In this document: in pieces, positions 30,754 to 39,722 of the stretch
Layout: every line of letters begins with the position of its first letter
Numbering within the stretch: the stretch's first letter is position 1
From: an uncultured Bacteroides sp.
GTDB taxonomy: Bacteria; Bacteroidota; Bacteroidia; Bacteroidales; Bacteroidaceae
DNA: 64,000 nucleotides
Assembly (NCBI GenBank): GCA_944322335.1
Contig: CALUOU010000003.1
Location: 722-64,721 of the forward strand
Direction of reading: 5' to 3'
The notes under the pieces: generated by a model
The model's database searches: none
Seen by the model: only the letters and a program-made list of their open reading frames with translations
Told to the model about the DNA's origin: nothing
Position numbers and translations under genes: made by a program

Positions 30754-32232
30754 TTATAAAATGCCCTTGACCGTTTCGAGCATTCCTTGGTTTTGAATGG
30801 AGTTGAGAAAGGCGGTCACCATGTCGGTCAGACCCGGTATGCTGTTCAGGTCACCGTGTTCGCCCCAGATCAGGTCTTTGGCTCCCAACACTCCTTCAGC
30901 CACCTTGCGGGTATCACCCGTAGCCCACAAGTCCTTCAGAAGTCGCATGATTTCCGGAGCGTCGTTGGGTACGATTTCTGTGCCGTCTGCGCGGGCACCT
31001 CCCTTGTAGTAAGTGATGATGGCGGCCAGTCCCAGTACCAGTCCTTTGGGCAATTCCCCTTTGCGTTCCAGGTAAACCTTCAGACCGGGCAGATCGCGTG
31101 TCTGATATTTTGGGAAGGAGTTGAGCATGATGCTGGTCACTTGGTGGTCTACGTAGGGGTTGTTGAAGCGTTCCAACACATCGGCGGCGAACTTCTTCAG
31201 TTCGTCCATAGGCAGGTTCAAGGTCTGCATCAGCTCGTCAAACTGCACCTTGTGGATATACTTGCCAATGACGGGATGGTTGCAGGCATCGCGTACGATG
31301 TTGATGCCGCTCAGGAAAGCTACCGGTGAAAGCACGGTGTGCGGTCCGTTCAGCAGTGTCACCTTCCGCTCGTGGTAAGGAGCTTCAGATTTGACGAAGA
31401 GCACATGGAGTCCTGCTTTGTCGGCAGGGAACTCTTCTGCCAGCTGACGCAGCGAAAGATTCTCGGCTGCTTCGATCACCCAAAGGTGGAAGATTTCGGC
31501 CTGAACCACAAGGTTGTCTTCGTAGCATATCTTTTGCTGAATTTGAGCGATTTCTTTGCGCGGGAAGCCCGGCACGATTCGGTCTACAAGTGTGGCGCAA
31601 ACATAGCAGTACTTGGTGAACCAAGTCTTGAATTTCTCATAGTCGGTGCCCAGATCTTCTTTCCACAAGTCGATATACTGATAGATGCACTCTTTCAGAT
31701 GGTGTCCGTTCAGGAAGATCAGTTCACAAGGCATGATGATGAGCCCTTTCGTCTTGTCGCCTTTAAAAGTCTTGAACCGGCGGTAAAGCAGCTGCGTCAG
31801 TTTGCCAGGGTAAGAAGCGGCGGGCGTGTCACTCAGCTTGCAGCTGGGGTCAAAGGCGATGCCTGCTTCCGTGGTGTTGGAAATGACGAAACGCATGTCC
31901 GGCTGGTCGGCCAAGGCCAGGAAAGCGGCGTTTTGTGTATAAGGATTCAACGCGCGGCTGACGCAGTCGATGCGGGTCAGGGAATTGACCGTCTCACCGT
32001 TTTGGCGGCCTTGCAGGTTGACGTGATACAGGCAGTCTTGACCGTTCAGCATGTCAGCCATGCCCTTGCTGATGGGCTGCACGATGACAACGCTGCTGTT
32101 GAAGTCCGTCTTTTGGTTCATGTTGTAGATAATCCAGTCTACGAACGCACGGAGGAAATTGCCTTCTCCGAATTGGATGATTCTTTCAGGGGCAATCGGT
32201 TTGGGGGCTGTTTGCTTGTTTAATGCTTTCAT
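30754..32232 (-). CDS. uxaB: Tagaturonate reductase (altronate oxidoreductase)
   Basis: QFGEGNFLRAF, ISNTTEAGI, LVDRIVPG and RKVTLLNGPHT motifs. Confidence 0.95.
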   Translation of the reverse strand: MKALNKQTAPKPIAPERIIQFGEGNFLRAFVDWIIYNMNQKTDFNSSVVIVQPISKGMADMLNGQDCLYHVNLQGRQNGETVNSLTRIDCVSRALNPYTQNAAFLALADQPDMRFVISNTTEAGIAFDPSCKLSDTPAASYPGKLTQLLYRRFKTFKGDKTKGLIIMPCELIFLNGHHLKECIYQYIDLWKEDLGTDYEKFKTWFTKYCYVCATLVDRIVPGFPRKEIAQIQQKICYEDNLVVQAEIFHLWVIEAAENLSLRQLAEEFPADKAGLHVLFVKSEAPYHERKVTLLNGPHTVLSPVAFLSGINIVRDACNHPVIGKYIHKVQFDELMQTLNLPMDELKKFAADVLERFNNPYVDHQVTSIMLNSFPKYQTRDLPGLKVYLERKGELPKGLVLGLAAIITYYKGGARADGTEIVPNDAPEIMRLLKDLWATGDTRKVAEGVLGAKDLIWGEHGDLNSIPGLTDMVTAFLNSIQNQGMLETVKGIL

Positions 32233-32526
32233 ATATTTTGATAATTAAAGGAATGTCTGTGTAAGGAAAGCTAAAGGCAGCTTGGTAGAGTGATAAGAAG
32301 GGGCAGCGGTTTTTAACTCCTTAGCTTTTTCATCTGATTTCTTAAAACTTAAATATTATAAATATTTTCTGCAAAGATACGCATTGTTTTGTATCTTCCT
32401 GTAAAGTTTCTATTTTTGTGTTCGATAACGGTTAATAAAAGCAAAAAGAAAAACGTTTCACTTGTCGTTCATGTGATGGGAAGTCGGGATTGGAAACTTT
32501 ATTAAGAGATTAAATATATAGATAGA

Positions 32527-33930
32527 ATGAAAGATTTTATGGACGAGAACTTCTTGTTGCAAACAGAGACTGCACAGAAGTTGTATCACGAACATGCGGC
32601 TAAAATGCCGATCATTGATTATCACTGTCATCTAAGTCCTGAGATGGTGGCCAATGATTACCGTTTCCGGTCGTTGACCGAGATTTGGCTGGGAGGTGAC
32701 CATTATAAGTGGCGTGCCATGCGTACCAATGGTGTGGACGAACGCTATTGCACAGGCGATGCTTCTGACTGGGAAAAGTTTGAGAAATGGGCCGAAACGG
32801 TTCCTTACACCTTGCGCAACCCCTTGTACCACTGGACACATCTGGAGCTGAAGACGGCTTTTGGCATTACTAAAATCCTGAATCCGCAGACTGCCCGCGA
32901 GATCTATGAGGAATGTAACGAAAAACTGAAACAGCCTGAATACTCAGCCCGTGGCTTGATGCGCCGCTACCATGTGGAAACGGTTTGCACCACAGATGAT
33001 CCTGTGGACTCGCTGGAATACCATATCAAGACACGTGAAAGTGGTTTTGAGATAAAGATGTTGCCCGCCTGGCGTCCGGACAAGGCTATGGCTGTGGAAA
33101 ATGCCGCCGATTTCCGTGCGTACGTGGAGAGACTGGCCGAAGTGAGCGGTGTGAACATCTCCCGTTTCAGCGACATGATTGAAGCCTTGCGCAAGCGTCA
33201 TGACTTCTTTGCCGAGCAAGGTTGCCGTCTGTCTGACCATGGCATCGAGGAGTTTTATGCGGAAGATTATACCGAGGCTGAAATCAATGCCATTTTCAAT
33301 AAGGTGTATGGAGGAGCGGAACTGACCCATGAAGAGGTAGTGAAGTTCAAGTCGGCCATGCTGGTGATTTTCGGTGAAATGGATTGGGAGAAAGGCTGGA
33401 CGCAGCAGTATCACTACGGAGCCATTCGCAACAACAACTCGAAGATGTTCAAACTCATAGGCGCGGACACAGGATTCGATTCTATCGGTGAGTTCAACAC
33501 AGCCAAAGCTATGTCCAAGTTCTTGGATCGCCTGAACGCAGAAGGCAAGCTGGCCAAGACCATTCTTTATAACCTCAATCCTTGTGCTAACGAGGTGATC
33601 GCCACCATGCTGGGCAATTTCCAGGACGGGACAGTGCCGGGCAAGATACAGTGGGGGGCAGGCTGGTGGTTCCTTGATCAGAAGTATGGCATGGAGAAGC
33701 AGCTCAACACCTTGTCCGTGCTGGGACTCTTGAGCCGTTTTGTGGGCATGCTGACAGACTCCCGTTCCTTCCTTTCCTATCCGCGTCATGAATACTTCCG
33801 CCGCACGCTGTGTAACCTGGTCGGAAGAGACGTGGAAAACGGCGAGATACCGATGGCGGAAATGGATCGGGTCAGCCAGATGATTGAGGACATCAGCTAC
33901 TACAACGCTAAGAAATACTTCCGGTTCTGA
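32527..33930 (+). CDS. uxaC: Uronate (glucuronate) isomerase
   Basis: IIDYHCHL, GDHYKWRAMR and GMLTDSRSFLSYPRHEYFRR motifs. Confidence 0.97.
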   Translation: MKDFMDENFLLQTETAQKLYHEHAAKMPIIDYHCHLSPEMVANDYRFRSLTEIWLGGDHYKWRAMRTNGVDERYCTGDASDWEKFEKWAETVPYTLRNPLYHWTHLELKTAFGITKILNPQTAREIYEECNEKLKQPEYSARGLMRRYHVETVCTTDDPVDSLEYHIKTRESGFEIKMLPAWRPDKAMAVENAADFRAYVERLAEVSGVNISRFSDMIEALRKRHDFFAEQGCRLSDHGIEEFYAEDYTEAEINAIFNKVYGGAELTHEEVVKFKSAMLVIFGEMDWEKGWTQQYHYGAIRNNNSKMFKLIGADTGFDSIGEFNTAKAMSKFLDRLNAEGKLAKTILYNLNPCANEVIATMLGNFQDGTVPGKIQWGAGWWFLDQKYGMEKQLNTLSVLGLLSRFVGMLTDSRSFLSYPRHEYFRRTLCNLVGRDVENGEIPMAEMDRVSQMIEDISYYNAKKYFRF

Positions 33931-34323
33931 ACACCGTCCGGACACATTCCGGAATGACTGAAGGCGCAGGCCGCAGGAAGGGGAAAAACCTTTCGGCAGC
34001 TTGCGTCTTTCTTTTTTTTTGTGTCCTATCACATTGTTTTACCGCCTTCCTTTTCTCCTTTTTCAAACTAAGAAAAGGTGCGTTATGAGTCCGGAGACTC
34101 TGTTTTATGCTAAATAACATAAAAATATGACCTAAAAAAGTGAGAAAAAAGCTTGTTTATTTGGATTGTTCACAATTAAATGTTTACCTTTGCCGCCGAT
34201 TTCAAAAGAAAAGGCTTATCTATCAGAGATTTCTCCGAAAGCCGAGCCTTTTCTAAAGCAACGTCCGGGAGGAAATCACTTCTCAAGGGAAGTCCCGGAT
34301 CATATTAACCAAAACCGAGTTAC

Positions 34324-34833
34324 ATGAGACATGTAAAATGGATTTTTGTTGTATTATTGATTGGTTCCTTGACATCATTTGTTGGAAAAGACAAACCTAC
34401 CGGAGGTTTGAATGTGGGCGACATTGCACCGGATTTTCAGATCCGTTCAATGTTGGGCGAGCAGCCAGCGGGCAAGTTATCCGACTTGCGTGGCCGTTAT
34501 GTGCTGCTTAGTTTTTGGGCCAGCTACGATGCGCAGTCCCGGATGCAAAACGCAAGTTTGAGCAATGCGCTTCGTTCGGTCGGCTCAGATAGTGTAGAAA
34601 TGGTTTCCGTTTCGTTCGACGAATATCCGTCTGTATTTCAGGAAACCGTTCGGAAAGATCAGATAGCAACATCCGCTTGTTTTGTGGAGACCGGAGGAGC
34701 CGCTTCCGGTTTGTATGACAAGTATCGGTTGAAGCGTGGTTTTGCTACTTATCTGTTGGATGCCGATGGCGTGATTGTCGCCAAAAACATCTCAGCAGCT
34801 GAACTTTCGGCTTACTTGGGGCAAGCGTCTTGA
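34324..34833 (+). CDS. TlpA-like thioredoxin-fold protein lacking CxxC
   Basis: GDIAPDF. VLLSFWASYDAQSR replaces the usual WCxxC. Confidence 0.8.
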   Translation: MRHVKWIFVVLLIGSLTSFVGKDKPTGGLNVGDIAPDFQIRSMLGEQPAGKLSDLRGRYVLLSFWASYDAQSRMQNASLSNALRSVGSDSVEMVSVSFDEYPSVFQETVRKDQIATSACFVETGGAASGLYDKYRLKRGFATYLLDADGVIVAKNISAAELSAYLGQAS

Positions 34834-34917
34834 GAGAAAGGAGATGCACATTGCCGAGCCTCTTGTAAGGTGAGAGTGGAATTATGAATAGAACATAAAA
34901 AGGAAGTTTGATACAAC

Positions 34918-34977
34918 AAAAAGGGATGCTTTGGCCGGATGGACTTTGAGCCATCGGCCAAGGCATCCTATTTTTTT
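34918..34977 (+). terminator. Intrinsic terminator after the TlpA-like gene
   Basis: GGATGCTTTGGCCG...CGGCCAAGGCATCC stem plus T-tract. Confidence 0.75.
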
Positions 34978-35000
34978 ATGTGGACGCGATTGGGGTTTCC

Positions 35001-35044
35001 CAGCATCATAGGTTACTTGCCCAAGTATTATTGGATACTTTGCC
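35001..35044. repeat. Dispersed intergenic repeat, copy 2
   Basis: CAGCATCATAGGTTACTTGCCCAAGTAT...ATACTTTGCC, matching 19715-19763. Confidence 0.7.
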
Positions 35045-35133
35045 ATTTATGATTGCTTCATCGGCCATTTATCCAATAATGCTTCGCAACCGGATTTCGA
35101 AGGAAGTTCCATCAAGTCCTTCCACAACCGTTT

Positions 35134-35237
35134 CCACCGCACGCGTGCCAAACATCCACCGCACGCGTGCCGAACATCCACCGCACGCGTGCCGAACATC
35201 CACCGCACGCGTGCCAAATATTCACCGCACGCGTGCC
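35134..35237. repeat. 22-bp tandem repeat (CCACCGCACGCGTGCCRAACAT), about 5 copies
   Basis: Units start at 35134, 35156, 35178, 35200 and 35222. Each contains the palindrome GCACGCGTGC. Confidence 0.95.
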
Positions 35238-35518
35238 ATTCATGAGGGGTGTGCGCGTCTTGCATCTCATCCTTCGCACTGCGGTTCTGACAATCGCGAT
35301 TCCGCTGAGTTTACGTTGCCCATTATAAGCACCTTACGTTGCCTATTGTAACTACCTCACTTTGCCTGTTGTCAGAGAGTCCGCATTCCTGCGGCAGGTG
35401 CGACAGTCTCTTCTTTGAATGGACTTTCGTAAACTTCTTTCAATGTTTAAATCCACGTGCCAGATTTGAAATCGGAACGCAAACGGTTGTGCGGCAGGAA
35501 TGCCGCACCTCCTCTGTG

Positions 35519-35594
35519 AAGCCAAGTTGATCAGCCGACACAATCAACTTGATTTTATCATACAATCAACTTGATTTCACCTGCGAATCAAGCC
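35519..35594. repeat. Degenerate 22-bp-period repeat with an AATCAAcTTGATT palindrome
   Basis: CAATCAACTTGATTT at 35541 and 35563, with partial copies at 35519 and 35585. Confidence 0.75.
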
Positions 35595-36171
35595 TATTTT
35601 TGGAGAGAAGGACCGATGAAGGCTTCACGCTTTCACCTTCGTTTTACAAGGCTGATATTTAGCTGATTGTGGTGAAGGATAAGCTGGATTTCATCTTTCA
35701 CACGTCTTACACTGGTTTCACTGCAATGCATTTATAAACAATACTTTCTGGTGAAACTTCACCGGAAACATCTTTTGGGGAGACAGTGCTTTCGCTTTCA
35801 TGGTGAAAGATCGCCGATTTTGACAGATGAAAGAGTGGAGGATTCATTCGTCCGCCGGATCTGTTCATTTGTCCTCTGAAAATGTTATTTTTTCACCCTA
35901 AAATGTTGATTTTTCACCCTCAAATCTGCCATACAGGAAAGGATCAAAGGGGGAAAACGGACACCTGAGCAGCGGGTTCAGACACGCATTCTGCATAAGA
36001 GAAAGGATTTTATTGTATTGGTTTTTCATAGGCTATACAGCGGGTGGAGGACGGCTTGTTTCATGGACAGTTTACGGTTCATCCCCATTTTGCACAAAAT
36101 GACATCGTGCAAGGTATAAAATTATTCATGCCCTAAGATTGTTGCGGATTTTAGGGAATAGTTTTAAGAAT

Positions 36172-37278
36172 TATTGGTGTCCGATAAAATTTTAGCATCG
36201 TAAGTGAGAGTAATCCATGGCGTATTCCATCGTGGTTTACTCCCTTTACATTGCAATCCAACCCCTCTATGTGAAAAGTTCCAACTGTGTCGGTCCTTCC
36301 GGTGCGGCTTTCAGTATGGCCTCCCAGTCTTTTCCCGGATGGTTGAACAGGCTGTAGAAATTCACATAGTACATTAACATTATCCGGACCATTGTCGCCA
36401 GTCTGGAGAAGCTCCATGAGCGTGTCAGCCCTTTCTTCATGATTGTCAACAGAAGATTGGCTATGAGTGTCACCCAAATCTGTATCTTGATGGCATTTGC
36501 GCTTTCCCCATAAAAGTACTTGAGGGGGAAGTTCTGTTTTATCTGCTTGAAGAGCAATTCTATCTCCCAACGTTTGCGGTAGATGGCAATAATCTCCGTA
36601 GGGGCTGATTCCATGTCATTGGTCAACAGCTGTACAAGTCTATGCTTTCTCTCATCGGCATGCGTGATGATACGCGCGTGATGGATGACAGTTCCCCCTT
36701 CCTTGAGTACCTTGGTGAATGTTACATGCTGTATGCGGACCTCCATAAGTCCGTCCGGAGTCTGGTACATCATGTCCGAGAGTATGTTGTATTTCAGATT
36801 TTTCTTCATCTTCGTGACATAAACGACTCCCCTTTTCGTCAGTTCCTCAAACTTCTCATAGTCAATATAAGCACGGTCTATGGCCAGGATGTCCCCCTTG
36901 TCCAAGGATGCGGGTTTCAGCATGAAGGAGTCATTGGTGGCGGCGGAAGTGAATCGCACGTCCGATGGGACGCCCTCGTTGGCGTGGATAACGGTATGCG
37001 CCTTTATGCCGCCTTTCTTACTGCCAGTTTTCGGATGACGGCCGGCGCCTTTGAATATCAGGTTGGAGAAAAGGGTGATGGTCGTGGAATCAATTATCCG
37101 CAGGCGTTTCATCCAGGACGGCTCCTAGCCGCTCTGGCTGTCCGCTAAAATGTGTACTTTTGCCCATGGTTACTTCTTTTTGGTGTGGTAACCGCAAAGT
37201 AACCACATGGGGCTGAATCTACCAAATAGAAACGCCCCCCTTTTTTGAACAACTTAAAGTTTTATCGGACACCAAATA
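36172..37278 (-). mobile_element. IS4-family insertion sequence, internally deleted (1107 bp)
   Basis: Terminal inverted repeats TATTGGTGTCCGATAAAA / TTTTATCGGACACCAAATA. The 9-bp direct repeat TTTAAGAAT lies at 36163-36171 and 37279-37287. Confidence 0.88.
36267..37167 (-). pseudogene. IS4-family DDE transposase pseudogene
   Basis: The start MGKSTHFSGQP at 37167 joins out of frame to the DDE part (IIDSTTI, DRAYIDY, YRKRWEIELLFKQIKQN). An in-frame TAG lies just before the DDE part. Confidence 0.85.
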
Positions 37279-37399
37279 TTTAAGAATAATAATTTTGTTA
37301 ATACTATTTAACTGTTTGCGTGTGACGCTTTCGTTTCTAAATATGTAATTTTGCAAAAAAGAATATTTAATTGTCTTTTCAAGACCAATGCATTTTTTA

Positions 37400-37429
37400 T
37401 TTGTTGATATGTAGGCAATTCTATATTTG
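37400..37429 (+). promoter_or_regulatory. Candidate promoter of the RiPP precursor
   Basis: TTTG at 37400-37403 and TATATTTG at 37422-37429, about 56 bp before the ATG. Confidence 0.55.
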
Positions 37430-37485
37430 CAGGTGAAATTGTGTGCTCGTTATTTAATTGTGTGTTTTATAATATTTTTAATGAT

Positions 37486-37740
37486 ATGGAAATAAAAAGA
37501 TTGGATGTACCCAATTTAGGGAAAAGTGAATTTTCAGCTGCTGAGGCAGAGGAGATATTAGGTGGTGTCATGACTGATGACGGATACGAGATCGCGTGTG
37601 TCGGATTGGGTGGTATTTGCAAGGAAAGCTGTAAGGATGGCTGTAAGGATAGTACGAAAGATGGTGGTCTTTGTTCTGATTCTTGTAAGGATGGCTGTTC
37701 TGAAGGGTGTAAGGATTCGTGTAAACCCGGAAATAAGTAG
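37486..37740 (+). CDS. Cys-rich RiPP precursor peptide (double-Gly leader, CxxxC-repeat core)
   Basis: 84 aa. The leader ends in EFSAAEAEEILGG and the 57-aa core has 9 Cys. It lies upstream of a radical SAM/SPASM gene. Confidence 0.85.
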   Translation: MEIKRLDVPNLGKSEFSAAEAEEILGGVMTDDGYEIACVGLGGICKESCKDGCKDSTKDGGLCSDSCKDGCSEGCKDSCKPGNK

Positions 37741-38155
37741 CGGTCTATAAATAAGAAGAATGTGGATTGTCGCCCACGCCTAAGGTTTTGAAGGTAGATG
37801 AGATGGGGCTTTTTAAAGGCTTGCCAATATCTGTGTCTCTGAGCAAATTTCATTCAGATGTTTAATGTGACTGAGTCGCGTGAGGAGTGGATATATGTTT
37901 TTTTAGGGGGCAATTGGTGGTAGGGGTGATTTCTGCGTGTTTTTCCTTTGTTCAAAAATGATTCTGATTGAGGATAGGATGATCGTTTGTTCGCATCATT
38001 TTCTTGCGTTATCAATGTAGATGGAAGGTCGATTCTTGTAGTTTAGCATTTGTTGCTGGCGGTATGTGCATAACGTGTGCCTATTGCATTGGTGCTTACG
38101 CCGATCTTGTATTTATGTTATTGAAATCTCGAAAAAAAATAAACGGATCACTATT

Positions 38156-39634
38156 ATGAAATATATGAAATACATACTTAATCCTGCTTATTTGTTGAGG
38201 CAGGATGGAAATAGGGTTATCTTGTTTTATAGAGATGATATTGAATCTAGTGGTGAAGAGTGGTTCACTTTCATTCATCCTTTGCAGGCATGTATGCTGT
38301 CCTTTTTTAGAGGTGAAGAATCCTTTGATAAGGAACTGGCCAAGTGTTCAACGTTTTTTCAGATTTCATTTGAGAAAATGAAAAGGATTATTTCTCCTTT
38401 TGTAGATAATCCAAAGTGGTTTGCAATCTCTCAAAAAAATGGTCATAACATATGTTTCCCAAAAAGAATGTTGATCGAAAAAAAAGAGAACATGCGACGT
38501 CCGTTCTATTCCGTTGAAGATTTCACTTACTGTAGAGATCCTGATTATCATACTCATAGACTTCAGTATCCAACAGGGGTTAATATAGAGTTAAATATGA
38601 AATGCCGTACTGATTGCATTTATTGTTATGCTAATAAGAAAGCGTATGCGAATGATTGTTTAAGTACGCAAATGATACTCGATTTTATTAGGGAAGCAAA
38701 ACGGGGAGGAGTCCTTAAAATGGATATTAATGGGGGTGAAGTTTTACTCCATCCAGGAATAAAAGAAATTTTGCAGACTCTATTGGAATGTGATTACAAC
38801 CCTTTGATTTCAACCAAATTACCTGTAAGTCATGAAATGGCAGATTTCATTAAATCTTTGGGGATTAGCAGGATTCAGTTGTCTTTAGATTCTGTAGACC
38901 CATTGGTGTTAAAGTCTTTGTTGAAGGTGGATATATCCTATATTAGGGAGATAGAGAAAGCTTTAGATTATTTGAATCAGATTCATTTGCGAACAGACAT
39001 TAATGTAGTTTTGACCAAAATGAATTCTAATGTCGATGATTTCAAAGCTTTGATATCTTTTCTGTCTAAGTATGAGGTAATAAAGTTTGTTAGAGTAAGT
39101 CCTTGTGGGTATTCTCTTTACAAAGATGGATTTGATGCATTGGCACCAACGGTAAAAGAAATCGAAGCTATAGAATCTTGTATCGGGAATTTGAGAGATG
39201 ATTACCCCAATCTTAATATTAAGATTTCTTCTTACGAGAAAGGTGACATGTATACGTTGGCATGTCGGAAGCAAAGTTTTCCCAGGCGTGCAATGTGTAC
39301 AGGAAATGTAAGAAATGCTGTAGTGTTGCCTAATGGAGATGTTACTATATGTGAGGAGTTGTATGCTCATCCTAAATTTATTATCGGCAATATTAAAACT
39401 AACAGTCTGAGCGAAATTTGGAATTCTGAAAAGGCTGTTCAACTCTATCATTTCGCATTTAATAGATCTTCAGACAGTATTTGCTATGAATGTAGCGTGC
39501 GGCAGAAATGTCGGGTAGGCAAAGGCGTATGTTGGAAGACTGTATTAATGGCTTATGGAATGGACAAGTGGGATTATCCTGACCCTAGATGTCCTGCAGC
39601 TCCAGAGTTTAAAAATATATTTTATCATACTTGA
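38156..39634 (+). CDS. Radical SAM/SPASM peptide maturase
   Basis: CRTDCIYC (CxxxCxxC), NGGEVLLH, and a SPASM-type C..VLPNGDVTIC...IGNIKTNSLSEIWNS...CYEC....KC....GVC...DPRCP tail. About 140-aa N-terminal extension. Confidence 0.92.
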   Translation: MKYMKYILNPAYLLRQDGNRVILFYRDDIESSGEEWFTFIHPLQACMLSFFRGEESFDKELAKCSTFFQISFEKMKRIISPFVDNPKWFAISQKNGHNICFPKRMLIEKKENMRRPFYSVEDFTYCRDPDYHTHRLQYPTGVNIELNMKCRTDCIYCYANKKAYANDCLSTQMILDFIREAKRGGVLKMDINGGEVLLHPGIKEILQTLLECDYNPLISTKLPVSHEMADFIKSLGISRIQLSLDSVDPLVLKSLLKVDISYIREIEKALDYLNQIHLRTDINVVLTKMNSNVDDFKALISFLSKYEVIKFVRVSPCGYSLYKDGFDALAPTVKEIEAIESCIGNLRDDYPNLNIKISSYEKGDMYTLACRKQSFPRRAMCTGNVRNAVVLPNGDVTICEELYAHPKFIIGNIKTNSLSEIWNSEKAVQLYHFAFNRSSDSICYECSVRQKCRVGKGVCWKTVLMAYGMDKWDYPDPRCPAAPEFKNIFYHT

Positions 39635-39722
39635 TTTGTTATGGATGCGTGCTATGTTAAAAAAAACGGTGTGTTGTGATCTCAACAAGCTGTAGTTGTA
39701 AAAAAATGTAATGTTTGGTACT

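Noticed and set aside
34207-34254. SAM-I riboswitch, suggested by CTTATC..AGAG
   Set aside because: The other conserved SAM-I elements (GCAACC, GTGC, closing GAT) are not present in register.
35134-35237. Possible CRISPR array, and ORFs 34980-35351 and 35047-35265
   Set aside because: No spacers. The ORFs are just read-throughs of the repeat.
37441-37485. Extended GTG start of the precursor (99 aa)
   Set aside because: It starts only about 12 bp after the predicted -7 box. The ATG at 37486 follows an AT-rich initiation region and gives a typical leader length.
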